The notes under the pieces were generated by a model. That model did no database searches. It was given only the letters and a program-made list of their open reading frames with translations, and was not told where the DNA came from. A stretch of 64,000 nt of DNA. Origin: a bacterium. GTDB taxonomy: Bacteria > Hinthialibacterota > Hinthialibacteria > Hinthialibacterales > Hinthialibacteraceae. The translations under genes and the position numbers were made by a program. Below are positions 37,758 to 47,731 of the stretch, piece by piece; position 1 is the stretch's first letter, and the number at the start of each line of letters is the position of its first letter. The DNA is taken from positions 288,001 through 352,000 of the forward strand of contig CAXXMV010000001.1 in NCBI GenBank assembly GCA_963662285.2. The letters are read 5' to 3'.

Positions 37758-39371
37758 TCAGTCCGCTCCGGTAATGGCTTGAGCTGACGTGGCAACACTG
37801 AAATGCTGAATAGTCACATCACGGAAATTCGTGTGCTGACTGGCCGGAACCGCTTCAGCGCCAACTACGAAGTTCTTGATCGGCGACTGCTGAGGAAGAA
37901 ACATAGGTGAAATCTCAACAGACCTGAAGATCATCGAATAAAGCGTAACATGCTGACCATGGTTGCCTTTTTTGCTGACATCGTAGGTTTTTGCTGAACC
38001 AGCTGCATGAACCGTTCCGAAAGCATCCAGCACAAGATAACCAACCGGGATAGTGTTTTTCTTTATCCCAAGATCTTCATTGGCATCATTAGGCACTAAA
38101 GCCAGATCAACAGCAGCGGGGAATCCGAAATATGGCGTTGATTGAATTGCTGCAACCAACTTACCGTTAACTTCTCTCGGTGGGAACTGAAGACCCCTTG
38201 CGTCGCCAACTGAATGAACCGCGCCGTAGGAATCCAGCAGGTAGAAACCTTTTCCACTGGGAGTGATCTCAAGATCAACCGCAAAATCGCCGCCAAAGTA
38301 TGGCAGGTTTTGTCGATCAGCATACCAGGGAACAGCAAGAACGGCGTTATTGATAGGCTCGCCGAACAATGGATTCTTCTCACCATTAATATCCAGCACA
38401 TCCTGCTCGTAATTGATCTTGCCATCGTTGTTTACGTCAAAGTCCAAAGGCAAACGGCAGGAGTGAACAGCGCCAAAGCCATCAAGGATATAATAACCAT
38501 TAGTCATGGCGATGATGCGATTGTCAATGCCGCCCGGAACAGTCTGGGAAGGCATCGTCATTTCGGTGTATTCAACCGAAATTTCCAGGTCACGCGCAAT
38601 ATCAGAGCCGAATCCGAAATAGGTGAATACCGGCGTAACGCTATCAATCACATCTTCTGGCGACGCAAATGGAAGATTTACTGGGTAAGAGACCGGTCCT
38701 TTGTTCAATACATCGCTTGGAGACAAAGTAGATCCGCTTATGTCGAGAGTCTCAGGGTATAGCGTATATCGATATGTGGCGTCAGCAATATCATCTGAAC
38801 CGGAAGCCATATAAACATATTGCGGCAGGTTCGTATCACCGACAGCGTGAACCACGCCATCCGCATCCAATATAAAATAACCTCTGAAACCATTGGTCAC
38901 ATCGCGCCAGTCCGGTGCAATTTCGATATCTTCTGCTACATCGAATCCCCAATAAGGCGGGATAGATAACTTTGCCGTAGGAGCGAAAGCGCCGATTCCA
39001 TCTGGACGAGGCTCCGGAATCCGCGGTGAATCAGCAGCTGTGACATAATCAGCGATGTTCAATGCGAATTGACCGCCGTTTATATCAAGCACATAAGCTC
39101 CCATCAGAGCACCTTGAGGATCACCGACAAACTCTACATCTTTTACGATTGGAATCATAAAATTGAACTGTTGAGATGTCGCTTTCAACTCATCAAACAG
39201 AAACGGACCAATGTTGCTATCGTTTAATGGAGCGCTGAAGGCTCTCCCGATCGCATCCATTATAAAAATTCCGTCTTGATTAGCGGTTGTCATTTGCAAT
39301 TGGGAAAATGAAACATTCACCATTCCCACTGAAAGCACACAGATGCCAAGCAGCAGCCTCTTAAGGGCCAT
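37758..39371 (-). CDS. Secreted repeat protein (beta-propeller-like; possible surface-layer component)
   Basis: Signal peptide; about six repeats of GY(Y/F)(I/L)LD.(F/Y)G.VH..G and Y(F/W)G.D.A.D(L/I)E; AAGGAGGT RBS. Confidence 0.7.
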   Translation of the reverse strand: MALKRLLLGICVLSVGMVNVSFSQLQMTTANQDGIFIMDAIGRAFSAPLNDSNIGPFLFDELKATSQQFNFMIPIVKDVEFVGDPQGALMGAYVLDINGGQFALNIADYVTAADSPRIPEPRPDGIGAFAPTAKLSIPPYWGFDVAEDIEIAPDWRDVTNGFRGYFILDADGVVHAVGDTNLPQYVYMASGSDDIADATYRYTLYPETLDISGSTLSPSDVLNKGPVSYPVNLPFASPEDVIDSVTPVFTYFGFGSDIARDLEISVEYTEMTMPSQTVPGGIDNRIIAMTNGYYILDGFGAVHSCRLPLDFDVNNDGKINYEQDVLDINGEKNPLFGEPINNAVLAVPWYADRQNLPYFGGDFAVDLEITPSGKGFYLLDSYGAVHSVGDARGLQFPPREVNGKLVAAIQSTPYFGFPAAVDLALVPNDANEDLGIKKNTIPVGYLVLDAFGTVHAAGSAKTYDVSKKGNHGQHVTLYSMIFRSVEISPMFLPQQSPIKNFVVGAEAVPASQHTNFRDVTIQHFSVATSAQAITGAD

Positions 39372-39595
39372 TTCGACCTCCTTGGAGCTCGTTGTTTTTC
39401 TAAGTCCCTCACTATCCCGTTCGCAACAAAGGAGAGCGACGGGCACGACTCCTAGCATAATTTATAGATAAGGTATATCAAAACACCTTTATCTCGTAAA
39501 ACAAACAAAAAAAGGACTTGAGGATAATAACATTACCGTTCTTTCGCTGAAAAACGTCTGTCAAAGCGATCTACGCCTAAATTCAAGTCTTCAGC

Positions 39596-39624
39596 AGTAT
39601 ATGAAGAACGATTCTTGGTGTCAA
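39596..39624 (-). promoter_or_regulatory. Near-consensus sigma70 promoter giving a ~220-nt 5' UTR
   Basis: TTGACA-17 bp-TATACT. Confidence 0.75.
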
Positions 39625-40651
39625 GAGAAAATTCACTCAAGTACTACAAAAAACAGAATATGCGTTGATTGTTGTGTTGAGTAGGGTTGTAGCCCAGAAC
39701 TACTCTTTCCACTCCCAACCAGGTTATTATATTACAGTTAAGAATACATCCCTGGACAGGATCAACAAATAACTCAATTATCCCCAGATTAAAACTTTCA
39801 AAATATATGCATATTTATATCTCATATATTTATAGTTATAACCTATTTTCTAATAAAAATCAGGGGTTAAGCTTAAAAAAATGTTTAAAATTAATCATCG
39901 GCCTATTTGTGCAAATATTTAGAGACGAGGCTCTGCAATATTGAAAAAAGCCATTATGCTCTAATTTTCTCGTAATAATTGGAATAATCACCGGAAAACA
40001 CCCTGAAAAATAGTTATGTTCAATAACTTAACGAGATAATAAATAAGTTGATTATTAAATAAAAAAATATGATGTATCGGTATTCCGAATCATAATATCA
40101 AAAATTTTTTATATTATTTTTGATATTTTAGAAACAAAACGTCAAATAAATCGTACATCTAAGTATAGGATTCTTATTTTGATTAATTTTATGAGTCGAC
40201 AAAAAGTGGACGGAAGACGAAACTCACGCAATATCTTAATGATCTTAATGCATCACTCTTGAAAACTTACCATTTATTGTAGTCATGAAAACCGTTTTAG
40301 ACTTTTCCCGTTTCGTCTTATTTTCACTTATTTTTATTTATTGCTGAGCAATTCCCTTTAAGACCAATAATCTGATTTATGTAAAATCCAATAAGTAGTT
40401 GACTAAGTATGAATTATCTAGAGCGGTTCTTTAAATAATATTCGTTTATAATCACGGTTTGCCTTCAAAAATCACGGTTTTCTAGCTTTTTGAATCGCAT
40501 ATATGAACGTTTTCATGCGAATCTCTCTAATAATAATATTTAATATTAATAAGATTTTAAACCATACTCTATATAATTTGTAAAAAAAATGTTAAATACT
40601 CTGAATAAACAATGTTTACCGGTCGTCGAACAAGCCAGGAAAGATATTAAA

Positions 40652-41218
40652 ATGGAAGAGCGGGAGTTGATCCAACGGGCGCAAGATGGCGATCAGGAAG
40701 CATTTTCCGTTTTGGCGCGGAGGCATCGAGATCCACTCATTCAGGTCGCTTATGGATATCTTCATGACAAAGATGAATCCCTGGATGCTGCGCAAGAGGT
40801 TTTTCTGAAAGCTTACCGGAAAATCTGCACATTTAAAAATGAGGCTTCTTTGTATACCTGGCTGTATCGGATTATGGTCAATCACTGTAAAGACCGCTTA
40901 AGGCGACGTAAAAGAACTTCGGCTATAAGTATGGATACTCACAACGAAGATGGTTGGGCCTTTCAAATACCAGACAATACTCCCGACCCTGCTAAAAACG
41001 CCCAACAGGTTGAACAGGAAAAAATTGTAAGAGAAGCGATTGACGCATTACCCGAAAAACACAAAAAGGTGCTTATTTTAAGAGAGTTAGGCGGATTAAC
41101 CTATAAAGAAATTTCTGAAACATTGAATTGTAGAGAAGGAACTGTTATGTCCCGTTTGTTTCATGCCCGACGATTACTGGCAATAGAATTGGGCCAATTT
41201 GTTGAAGAACTACTATAA
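40652..41218 (+). CDS. ECF RNA polymerase sigma factor
   Basis: GDQEAFSVL, DAAQEVFLKAY, TWLYRI..N, LTYKEISETL....GTVMSRLFHAR. Confidence 0.95.
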   Translation: MEERELIQRAQDGDQEAFSVLARRHRDPLIQVAYGYLHDKDESLDAAQEVFLKAYRKICTFKNEASLYTWLYRIMVNHCKDRLRRRKRTSAISMDTHNEDGWAFQIPDNTPDPAKNAQQVEQEKIVREAIDALPEKHKKVLILRELGGLTYKEISETLNCREGTVMSRLFHARRLLAIELGQFVEELL

Positions 41219-41315
41219 TATAAAAATATAAGAATATTCTGAAGAAGATAATCTGCCGGGTTTGATTTTTCAGTTTATTTTTAATATATTTTTAACGTAT
41301 TTCCTGGGTGAACTT

Positions 41316-41897
41316 ATGAAAGACAGTAATCCGGCGCGTATTGATGAGATCATGCTATCCCGCTATCTGGATGGTGAAGTATTGCCTGAAGAGCGTGACA
41401 TGATTGAAGAAGTCCTGAATCAATCCGAAGAATCGCTTGATGCATTCCAGCGGCTTCAATCAGTATCATCCTTAGTGCGCCAATCGATGCATATTGAAAT
41501 TACTCCGGAAGAGCAAGCCTCTTTCGATGCAGAATTGACCCGTCGCCTGGAACCAACGACTTGGGATGAGCCGCTCTGTTCTTCATTATTCGCTCCATTT
41601 AAGTATTTGCGTCAACTCTCCTGGCAATGGCAGGCCGCTATGGCTATTTCCCTGTTCCTGATTTGCTATATTCCCTTCCTCGCCCAATTTTCTATTGATT
41701 CCGGCGCGAATATGGATATGCTGCTCAATTCAGATTACTCTAATCCCCAACTTTTCTTCGATCCCGATCCGGAAGCAAATTTCGATTGCATTTGGATGAT
41801 TACTGATGAAAAAGATGAAAATAATGAAAATAATAAAGAAATAAAAATCAAAGAAGACGATTCTCCATTAGGCTTCGTTTTCTCTTATAAAGCGTGA
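41316..41897 (+). CDS. Anti-sigma factor (RseA-like, single TM)
   Basis: LSRYLDGE motif and one TM helix, directly after the ECF sigma. Zinc ligands (HxxxCxxC) are absent. Confidence 0.75.
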   Translation: MKDSNPARIDEIMLSRYLDGEVLPEERDMIEEVLNQSEESLDAFQRLQSVSSLVRQSMHIEITPEEQASFDAELTRRLEPTTWDEPLCSSLFAPFKYLRQLSWQWQAAMAISLFLICYIPFLAQFSIDSGANMDMLLNSDYSNPQLFFDPDPEANFDCIWMITDEKDENNENNKEIKIKEDDSPLGFVFSYKA

Positions 41898-41903
41898 CGG
41901 GCA

Positions 41904-42440
41904 ATGCATAGAGGACTATATATAACTCTTATTCTATTAATCGCTGCAACCGTTTTTGCGTCTCCTGAGCCATCCGAAACAGGCAAGTGGATACGCGTGT
42001 CTCTAATTGAAGCATCAAAAGCAGAACAGTTTTCCGTCAATAAGAAAATTCAGCACCTTGAGGATCAGCTAAAAAAGGTAATTACCAATAAATCAGATAA
42101 AGAGCGATATGATATTCTGAAGGATTTCAAAGAATTCGAACCTCTATGTATAACAAAACCGCAAAAAATCGACTTTGGCCGGCAATCTCACATTTCTCTC
42201 GACAAACAGAAAAATATGTTCGTCGAAATAACCTTGAATCAACTGAAAGAGGATCATTATCCAGCTTCGGTTCGTTGGTTTAATAAAGTCGAAAAAAAAG
42301 AGAAAGATATAATCAAAGCTAATCACTATAAGTTTCACAAAGACCGCTGCCTGTTCATTTTCAGCGTAAATCCATCCTCCGATTCATTCAAACTGATCGC
42401 CATAGAATTCATCAATCCCAAAGATATCAAAATACAATGA
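41904..42440 (+). CDS. Exported hypothetical protein of the ECF operon
   Basis: Signal peptide; 6 bp after the anti-sigma gene. Confidence 0.65.
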   Translation: MHRGLYITLILLIAATVFASPEPSETGKWIRVSLIEASKAEQFSVNKKIQHLEDQLKKVITNKSDKERYDILKDFKEFEPLCITKPQKIDFGRQSHISLDKQKNMFVEITLNQLKEDHYPASVRWFNKVEKKEKDIIKANHYKFHKDRCLFIFSVNPSSDSFKLIAIEFINPKDIKIQ

Positions 42441-42461
42441 TCTATGGTTTTTGATGTCTTC

Positions 42462-42494
42462 GATGGGACGCGTTTGCGCTTTATCCCATTCTAC
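42462..42494 (-). repeat. GTAG-type REP-like element
   Basis: GTAGAATGGGATAAAGCGCAAACGCGTCCCATC. Confidence 0.55.
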
Positions 42495-42662
42495 GCGCTA
42501 ATCAACTCGATTTCCGCCTTACAACTCAATCACCCGCCAAAGGCGTCAGCAACGACGGATGCGATGCTGGATCAGTAGCCGCTGAATTTGTAGATGTTGG
42601 ATTATGGCAGTTATATTGATTTGATGAGTTGGTGACATCAAAAAGCCGGGTGGGATGATTTT

Positions 42663-42866
42663 TTAAATCATTGGATTGCTTATGTTTTTTCGTATTCTGC
42701 GTTTCGCCTCAGTCCAGTTACTGAACTGCGATACCCCTTCCCGCTCCCGGTCTGTACGCGCTTTAAGGACGTCAGCGTGCCAAGCGGGAGAAGGGATTTC
42801 TTCCGCTGTTTTCTGCAGGTCGCTCCAGATATCTTCCAAAGCCTGAATCTTCTGATCGAAAGGGTT
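42663..42866 (-). pseudogene. Start-less addiction-module antitoxin (TIGR02574-like)
   Basis: Frame differs from the ORF-track call: NPFDQKIQALEDIWSDLQKTAEEIPSPAWHADVLKARTDREREGVSQFSNWTEAKRRIRK. It begins right after the REase stop codon. Confidence 0.75.
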
Positions 42867-43778
42867 TTAATCAATGCATAACTTATTCATATGATCTGTT
42901 AGGATAGCAATTTGTTCATGTAGTTTTCTTAGGCCTTCTAGATCGTCTACTGATTTTTCGAATTCGGTCCCATCACTATATGTTATTTCATATACATAAC
43001 TCTCTATTGGCAAAGACATATTAAAATTTGGTGACTTCAGAAATTCTCTTGCATCAGATACAGAGTCAAATGCTATAGGTATTGAATCATGCCTTAGAAT
43101 AAATCTGATTTCTTGAGGTAAAGCACTAAGAGACGAACGAACTCTATCAACATATGATTCTATTGTTGCATATCCTAGCAATTTTACTAGAGATTTTCTT
43201 ACGGCCTTCTTCTTTGATATGGTAAAATGCTCCTGAAATGTTTCTACAATACGCGCTTTTTCATCTTCAGGATATTTATCTGGATAATCCATAATTAATC
43301 CGCAGGAATTAAAAGCATTTACAATTTTTTCTTTAGGTACATATAATAAGTCAATATCTCTACTTCTTACTAATTCTCTCGCAGGTTTTGTGAAATCTCC
43401 GGCTGAAATAATGCCTAAAAACCTTGCTGAAGGATATGTTTCTCGCATCGGCATCAGTTTTCCACTATCATCTCTTGCTTTATCTTTTGAGTGGCGTGAA
43501 CCTCGACGCCAAAAACATTCAATAAAGGCAACAGGTATACCTATTTTATCTTCTGATCCACCAAGTTCTAATACATAATCGAAATCTACATAATTACCGT
43601 CTAAATCACTCCATAATATCTTTCCTTCTCGAGTATTACGATCAACAAACCTTGAATCAACAAAGAGATCAAGATTTTTTCCTACTCTTTTGAGTATGGG
43701 TAGTACAAAATATTCTTCATACCAGTCACCAATCAATTGGCCAAGTTTGTGTCCTGAAGATGCGATGTTCTTTGCCAT
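42867..43778 (-). CDS. Putative type II restriction endonuclease
   Basis: Coupled to the MTase (3-bp gap); DFDYVLE...AFIECFWRR resembles a PD-(D/E)xK variant; AT-rich. Confidence 0.7.
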   Translation of the reverse strand: MAKNIASSGHKLGQLIGDWYEEYFVLPILKRVGKNLDLFVDSRFVDRNTREGKILWSDLDGNYVDFDYVLELGGSEDKIGIPVAFIECFWRRGSRHSKDKARDDSGKLMPMRETYPSARFLGIISAGDFTKPARELVRSRDIDLLYVPKEKIVNAFNSCGLIMDYPDKYPEDEKARIVETFQEHFTISKKKAVRKSLVKLLGYATIESYVDRVRSSLSALPQEIRFILRHDSIPIAFDSVSDAREFLKSPNFNMSLPIESYVYEITYSDGTEFEKSVDDLEGLRKLHEQIAILTDHMNKLCID

Positions 43779-43781
43779 ATT

Positions 43782-45101
43782 TTATCCTTCTATCCATAAT
43801 CTTCCTTCATGCAAAGGGACTCTGTGCTTTCTGTTTTTCCACTTAATGTTCCGATCTCGGATTTTTTCAAAGGTATATGATTTAAAACCTGCTGAAATAG
43901 CTAATTCACCCAACCATTTGTCAACAGCCAAATACACACCATAAGGAGCAGAATCGCCTACAACAAAACACATCTTGCTTCCTTTCTTGCATAAAGGACG
44001 TAGCGCGTAGAAAACATCGCCTAAATCACTAAAATAGGCAGCTGCCATCGTGTGATAACTTTTTCTTCCACCTTTAGTTAATCTGATTTTTTCTAACTCT
44101 TTACACGATTTTGATAATTCATCTTTTATTGGAATTAAGATATCATTCTCCAAAAGGTCATCCAACAGAAGTTTGTCTTTAGATGTATGCTGCGAACAAG
44201 ATCTCAATAGGTATTGACGCACAGATAAATGAAGATCTCCCCAACCCATTATTTCACCCCAAAAAGTCATTTCTAATCGTGTGGCATCAGCATAATCATA
44301 GTTGTTTGGGTAAGGTGGAGATGTTATAACTAAATCAAATAATGCTTTTTCTTTATACTCAGGATTACGAGCATCAGTTTTAATTATTTCTGAGTTTGAT
44401 AACCATTTTTTTTGTTTCGTGAAAGTGATATCTTTAATTACTTGCATCATTTTCAAAGAAAAAGCATTAAATGGATCAAGTATTTTGGATTTCTTTTTAT
44501 TAGGAAGAACATACTGCCATTGAGCGGTTCCAGCTGTACTGCAGGCACGAATAATATTTGTAATTGTCAACCAAATGATTTCATTTTCAGGTTCTCCATT
44601 ATCAAACTCAGATAAAAATACATTCTTCAATGAATCCAGTTTACTCAATGAGTCATTGGTAAAACATTTTCCTAGCAAAGAAACATTTAGTCTTTTTGTT
44701 TCAATTATCCTCTCTTCCGCTTTACTAGAGATTTCTCTATACATTTCACTCAAAACATTTGTATCCACATTCCATCCAAGTTTTGCTTTGGCAATTCTGT
44801 AAATAAATGGATGAGATTCAAAACCTACAGCCTTTGTTTGTGCTGATGCGGCCGCTAACAATGTAGTACCAGATCCAGCAAAAGGATCTAAAACATTTAT
44901 AGTTTTATCTTGGCTCTTATATGCAGAAATTTCCTTTTCAACCCATTGAGCAGAAAATCCTGCAGAATACCGGAACCAGTTATGTATAGGTAACTTCATA
45001 TTATCGGCAAAAGTTCCAGATCGTATATGTTTCTTCTTAGTTGAACTAAAATCTGCGTCTAATTCTGGGAATAAATTTTGCTGAGTATATGGATATATCA
45101 T
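43782..45101 (-). CDS. Amino (probably N4-cytosine) DNA methyltransferase
   Basis: Motif I VLDPFAGSGTT precedes motif IV ITSPPY; PIHNWFRYSAGFS; VVGDS. Confidence 0.9.
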   Translation of the reverse strand: MIYPYTQQNLFPELDADFSSTKKKHIRSGTFADNMKLPIHNWFRYSAGFSAQWVEKEISAYKSQDKTINVLDPFAGSGTTLLAAASAQTKAVGFESHPFIYRIAKAKLGWNVDTNVLSEMYREISSKAEERIIETKRLNVSLLGKCFTNDSLSKLDSLKNVFLSEFDNGEPENEIIWLTITNIIRACSTAGTAQWQYVLPNKKKSKILDPFNAFSLKMMQVIKDITFTKQKKWLSNSEIIKTDARNPEYKEKALFDLVITSPPYPNNYDYADATRLEMTFWGEIMGWGDLHLSVRQYLLRSCSQHTSKDKLLLDDLLENDILIPIKDELSKSCKELEKIRLTKGGRKSYHTMAAAYFSDLGDVFYALRPLCKKGSKMCFVVGDSAPYGVYLAVDKWLGELAISAGFKSYTFEKIRDRNIKWKNRKHRVPLHEGRLWIEG

Positions 45102-45365
45102 TTAAAATACATGTCTCCATTAATTAAAGATAATAATATGTTATAGTTATATGAAATTTTAGATACCTATTATAACGTGATTATGAAAAAAATGAATTGT
45201 AGATACGTTTTCCTATCGTTCGTATGTTGAAAAATCTGCATTTACAATTAATTTTGAATGGCTAATTAGTAAAACATGAATCAATATCGCAATTAAGGAT
45301 TAATAGTACACTAGTAACAATTTAATTCTAATCATATTCTACAAGCGTTAGTATAAGAATCACAC

Positions 45366-47729
45366 CTAAAACCCAACATGCTCCGTCCTAAGTATAATCT
45401 CATTCTGCAGTTGTTCGCTGAGATCGACAAAATAATCGCTGTATCCCGCAACTCGTACTATCAGGTCGCGGTGTTTTTCTGGTTCTTGTTGGGCCTGGCG
45501 TAGGAGATCGGCGTTTACTACGTTGAACTGGATATGGTGGCCGTCCATGCGGAAGTAGGTTCTGATTAATTGCGCTAGTTTGGTGACGCCGTTGTCGTCT
45601 TCCAGCAGTTGGGGAGTGAATTTCTGGTTGAGCAGGGTGCCTCCGGTGCGGATGTGGTCAATTTTGGCGGCGGATTTAACTACCGAGGTCGGGCCGTTGC
45701 GGTCGGCGCCTTGCACGGGTGATATGCCTTCAGATAGCGGCTCTCCGGCTTTGCGGCCATCGGGCAGGGCGCCCATTACTTTACCGAAATATACGTGAAC
45801 CGTGGTAGGCAGCAGATTTATGCGGTGCTGTCCGCCGCGGGTGTTAGGGCGTCCGTCGATGGCGTTGTAGTAGGTTTCAAACACCCGCCGGGTAAGGTCG
45901 TCGGCGTAATCATCATCATTACCGAATTTTGGAGTCTGATTGAGGAATGTTTTGCGCAACTCCCCGTCGTTCTCAAAATTATTTTTCAAATGTTCGAGCA
46001 ATACATCCATCGTGAGTTTTTTATTGTCATAGACATGCAGTTTGATGGAAGCCAGCGCGTCGGTTATGCTGCCCAGCCCCACCCCCTGGATGTAACTGGT
46101 GTTGTAACGCGCTCCGCCGCTGTGATAGTCGAGGCTGTTGGCGATGCAATCGTCGATCAGCAGCGACAGGAAGGGAACCGGCATATATTTGGCGTAGATG
46201 CGCTCGATTACGTTGTTGCCGCGAATCTTGATATCAATGAAATGACGCAGTTGCTGCTCGAAGGCGGCGTATAAATCATCAAAGGTCTTGAATGACGCCG
46301 GGTCTCCGGTGGTTAGACCAATCTGTTTTTTTGTGTATGGGTCGAAACCGTTGTTGAGGGTGATTTCGAGGACTTTGGGGATATTGAAATATCCGGTCAG
46401 GATATAGGCCTCTTTGCCGAAGGCGCCGCTCTCAACGCAACCGCTGGCGCCGCCATTGCGGGCGTCCTGCACCGACTTGCCCTGCCGTACCAGTTCCTGC
46501 ACGATAGCGTCGGTATTGAAAACCGAGGGCTGCCCGAATCCGGTCTTGATGATTCTAATCGCCCGTTTGATGTAACGGTCGGGATTCTTCTTACTCAGTT
46601 GCACCATAGAACTGGGTTGCAGCAGGCGCATCTCCTGAATCACGTCGAGGATGATATAGGTCAGGTCGTTAACGCCATCCAGGCCGTCTTCTTTAACGCC
46701 GCCCAGATTGATCAAGGCGAAATCAGTGTAAGTGCCGCTCTCTTCAGCGGTTACGCCGACTTTGGGAGGCGCGGGGTGGTTGTTGAACTTAATCCAGAAG
46801 GCTTGCAGCAATTCACGCGCCTTCTCTTCGGTCAGGCGGCCTTCTTCCAGGTCTTTTTTATAGAATGGATATAGGTGTTGATCCAGACGGCCGGGATTGA
46901 ATGAATCCCACGGGTTAAGTTCGGTGATAACGCCGACATGCACGAACCAGTAATACTGTAACGCTTCCCAAAAAGTCTCCGGCTTATTAGCCGGGATACG
47001 GGAGCAGATGCGCGCCATCTCTTCTAATTCCGTCTGACGTTCAGCGTCGGTTTCATGCTGCGCTAGTTGCTGCAGCTGATCGGCGTGGCGCTCGGCGAAT
47101 GTGATAAGCGCATCCGCTGCAATATCCATAGCGTACAGTTCTTCCTGCTTATCAAGCGCCTGGGGATCGGTAAAAAAATCGAGTTTTTGCAGACTGGCCT
47201 GGATATCTTCTTTTATGTCTAAAAAGCCTTTTTTATAGATTTTGTCGCCTAGCACGGTATGCCCTGGCGTGCGTTGCTCCTGAAATTCGGTGAACATTCC
47301 CGCCTGATAGGCATTGATCCACTCATCGGTCATTTCTTCAAAGATGCGCTCGCGGATGGATTTGCCCTGCCAAAATGGGATGATGTCGTCTTCATATTGC
47401 TGACAGGTCGGTTGATCGACCGCATAAGGCGTCTTTTCGCGTGAATCGAGGATTTCTAAATCCTGGCGGCTATGGATGCAGATTTCGGGATAGGTCGGCG
47501 TGGCTTTGGGCGACGGGCCGCGTTCTCCCACGATCAATTCACCGTCCAGGATAACGATCTGCTTCTTCTCCATAAGGTTTTTGAAGACCAATGCCCGGCG
47601 TACGGCGACGGAGGCTTTTTGGGCGGCATGGCTTTTATAGGTCTCAGTGACCAGAGCGGCGCGTTCAGCTGAAATTGATGGGATGGCTTGCAGGCTGTTT
47701 TCGCGCAAGGTCTTTATTCTGCTATTCAT
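45366..47729 (-). CDS. hypD: Glycyl radical enzyme, trans-4-hydroxy-L-proline dehydratase
   Basis: RVAGY glycyl loop and SGCVE Cys loop, plus HypD-type segments EFQEQRTPGH, NPWDSFNPG, PAPPKVGVTAEESGTYTDF, YILTGY, LPTT. Confidence 0.88.
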   Translation of the reverse strand: MNSRIKTLRENSLQAIPSISAERAALVTETYKSHAAQKASVAVRRALVFKNLMEKKQIVILDGELIVGERGPSPKATPTYPEICIHSRQDLEILDSREKTPYAVDQPTCQQYEDDIIPFWQGKSIRERIFEEMTDEWINAYQAGMFTEFQEQRTPGHTVLGDKIYKKGFLDIKEDIQASLQKLDFFTDPQALDKQEELYAMDIAADALITFAERHADQLQQLAQHETDAERQTELEEMARICSRIPANKPETFWEALQYYWFVHVGVITELNPWDSFNPGRLDQHLYPFYKKDLEEGRLTEEKARELLQAFWIKFNNHPAPPKVGVTAEESGTYTDFALINLGGVKEDGLDGVNDLTYIILDVIQEMRLLQPSSMVQLSKKNPDRYIKRAIRIIKTGFGQPSVFNTDAIVQELVRQGKSVQDARNGGASGCVESGAFGKEAYILTGYFNIPKVLEITLNNGFDPYTKKQIGLTTGDPASFKTFDDLYAAFEQQLRHFIDIKIRGNNVIERIYAKYMPVPFLSLLIDDCIANSLDYHSGGARYNTSYIQGVGLGSITDALASIKLHVYDNKKLTMDVLLEHLKNNFENDGELRKTFLNQTPKFGNDDDYADDLTRRVFETYYNAIDGRPNTRGGQHRINLLPTTVHVYFGKVMGALPDGRKAGEPLSEGISPVQGADRNGPTSVVKSAAKIDHIRTGGTLLNQKFTPQLLEDDNGVTKLAQLIRTYFRMDGHHIQFNVVNADLLRQAQQEPEKHRDLIVRVAGYSDYFVDLSEQLQNEIILRTEHVGF

Positions 47730-47731
47730 TT

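Noticed and set aside
42510-42615. Integron attC site
   Set aside because: The R''/R' boxes are not properly complementary, and there is no integron integrase or cassette array.
42680-42874. 64-aa ORF-track protein MIKTLSIRR
   Set aside because: Shadow frame; the antitoxin-like sequence is in another frame.
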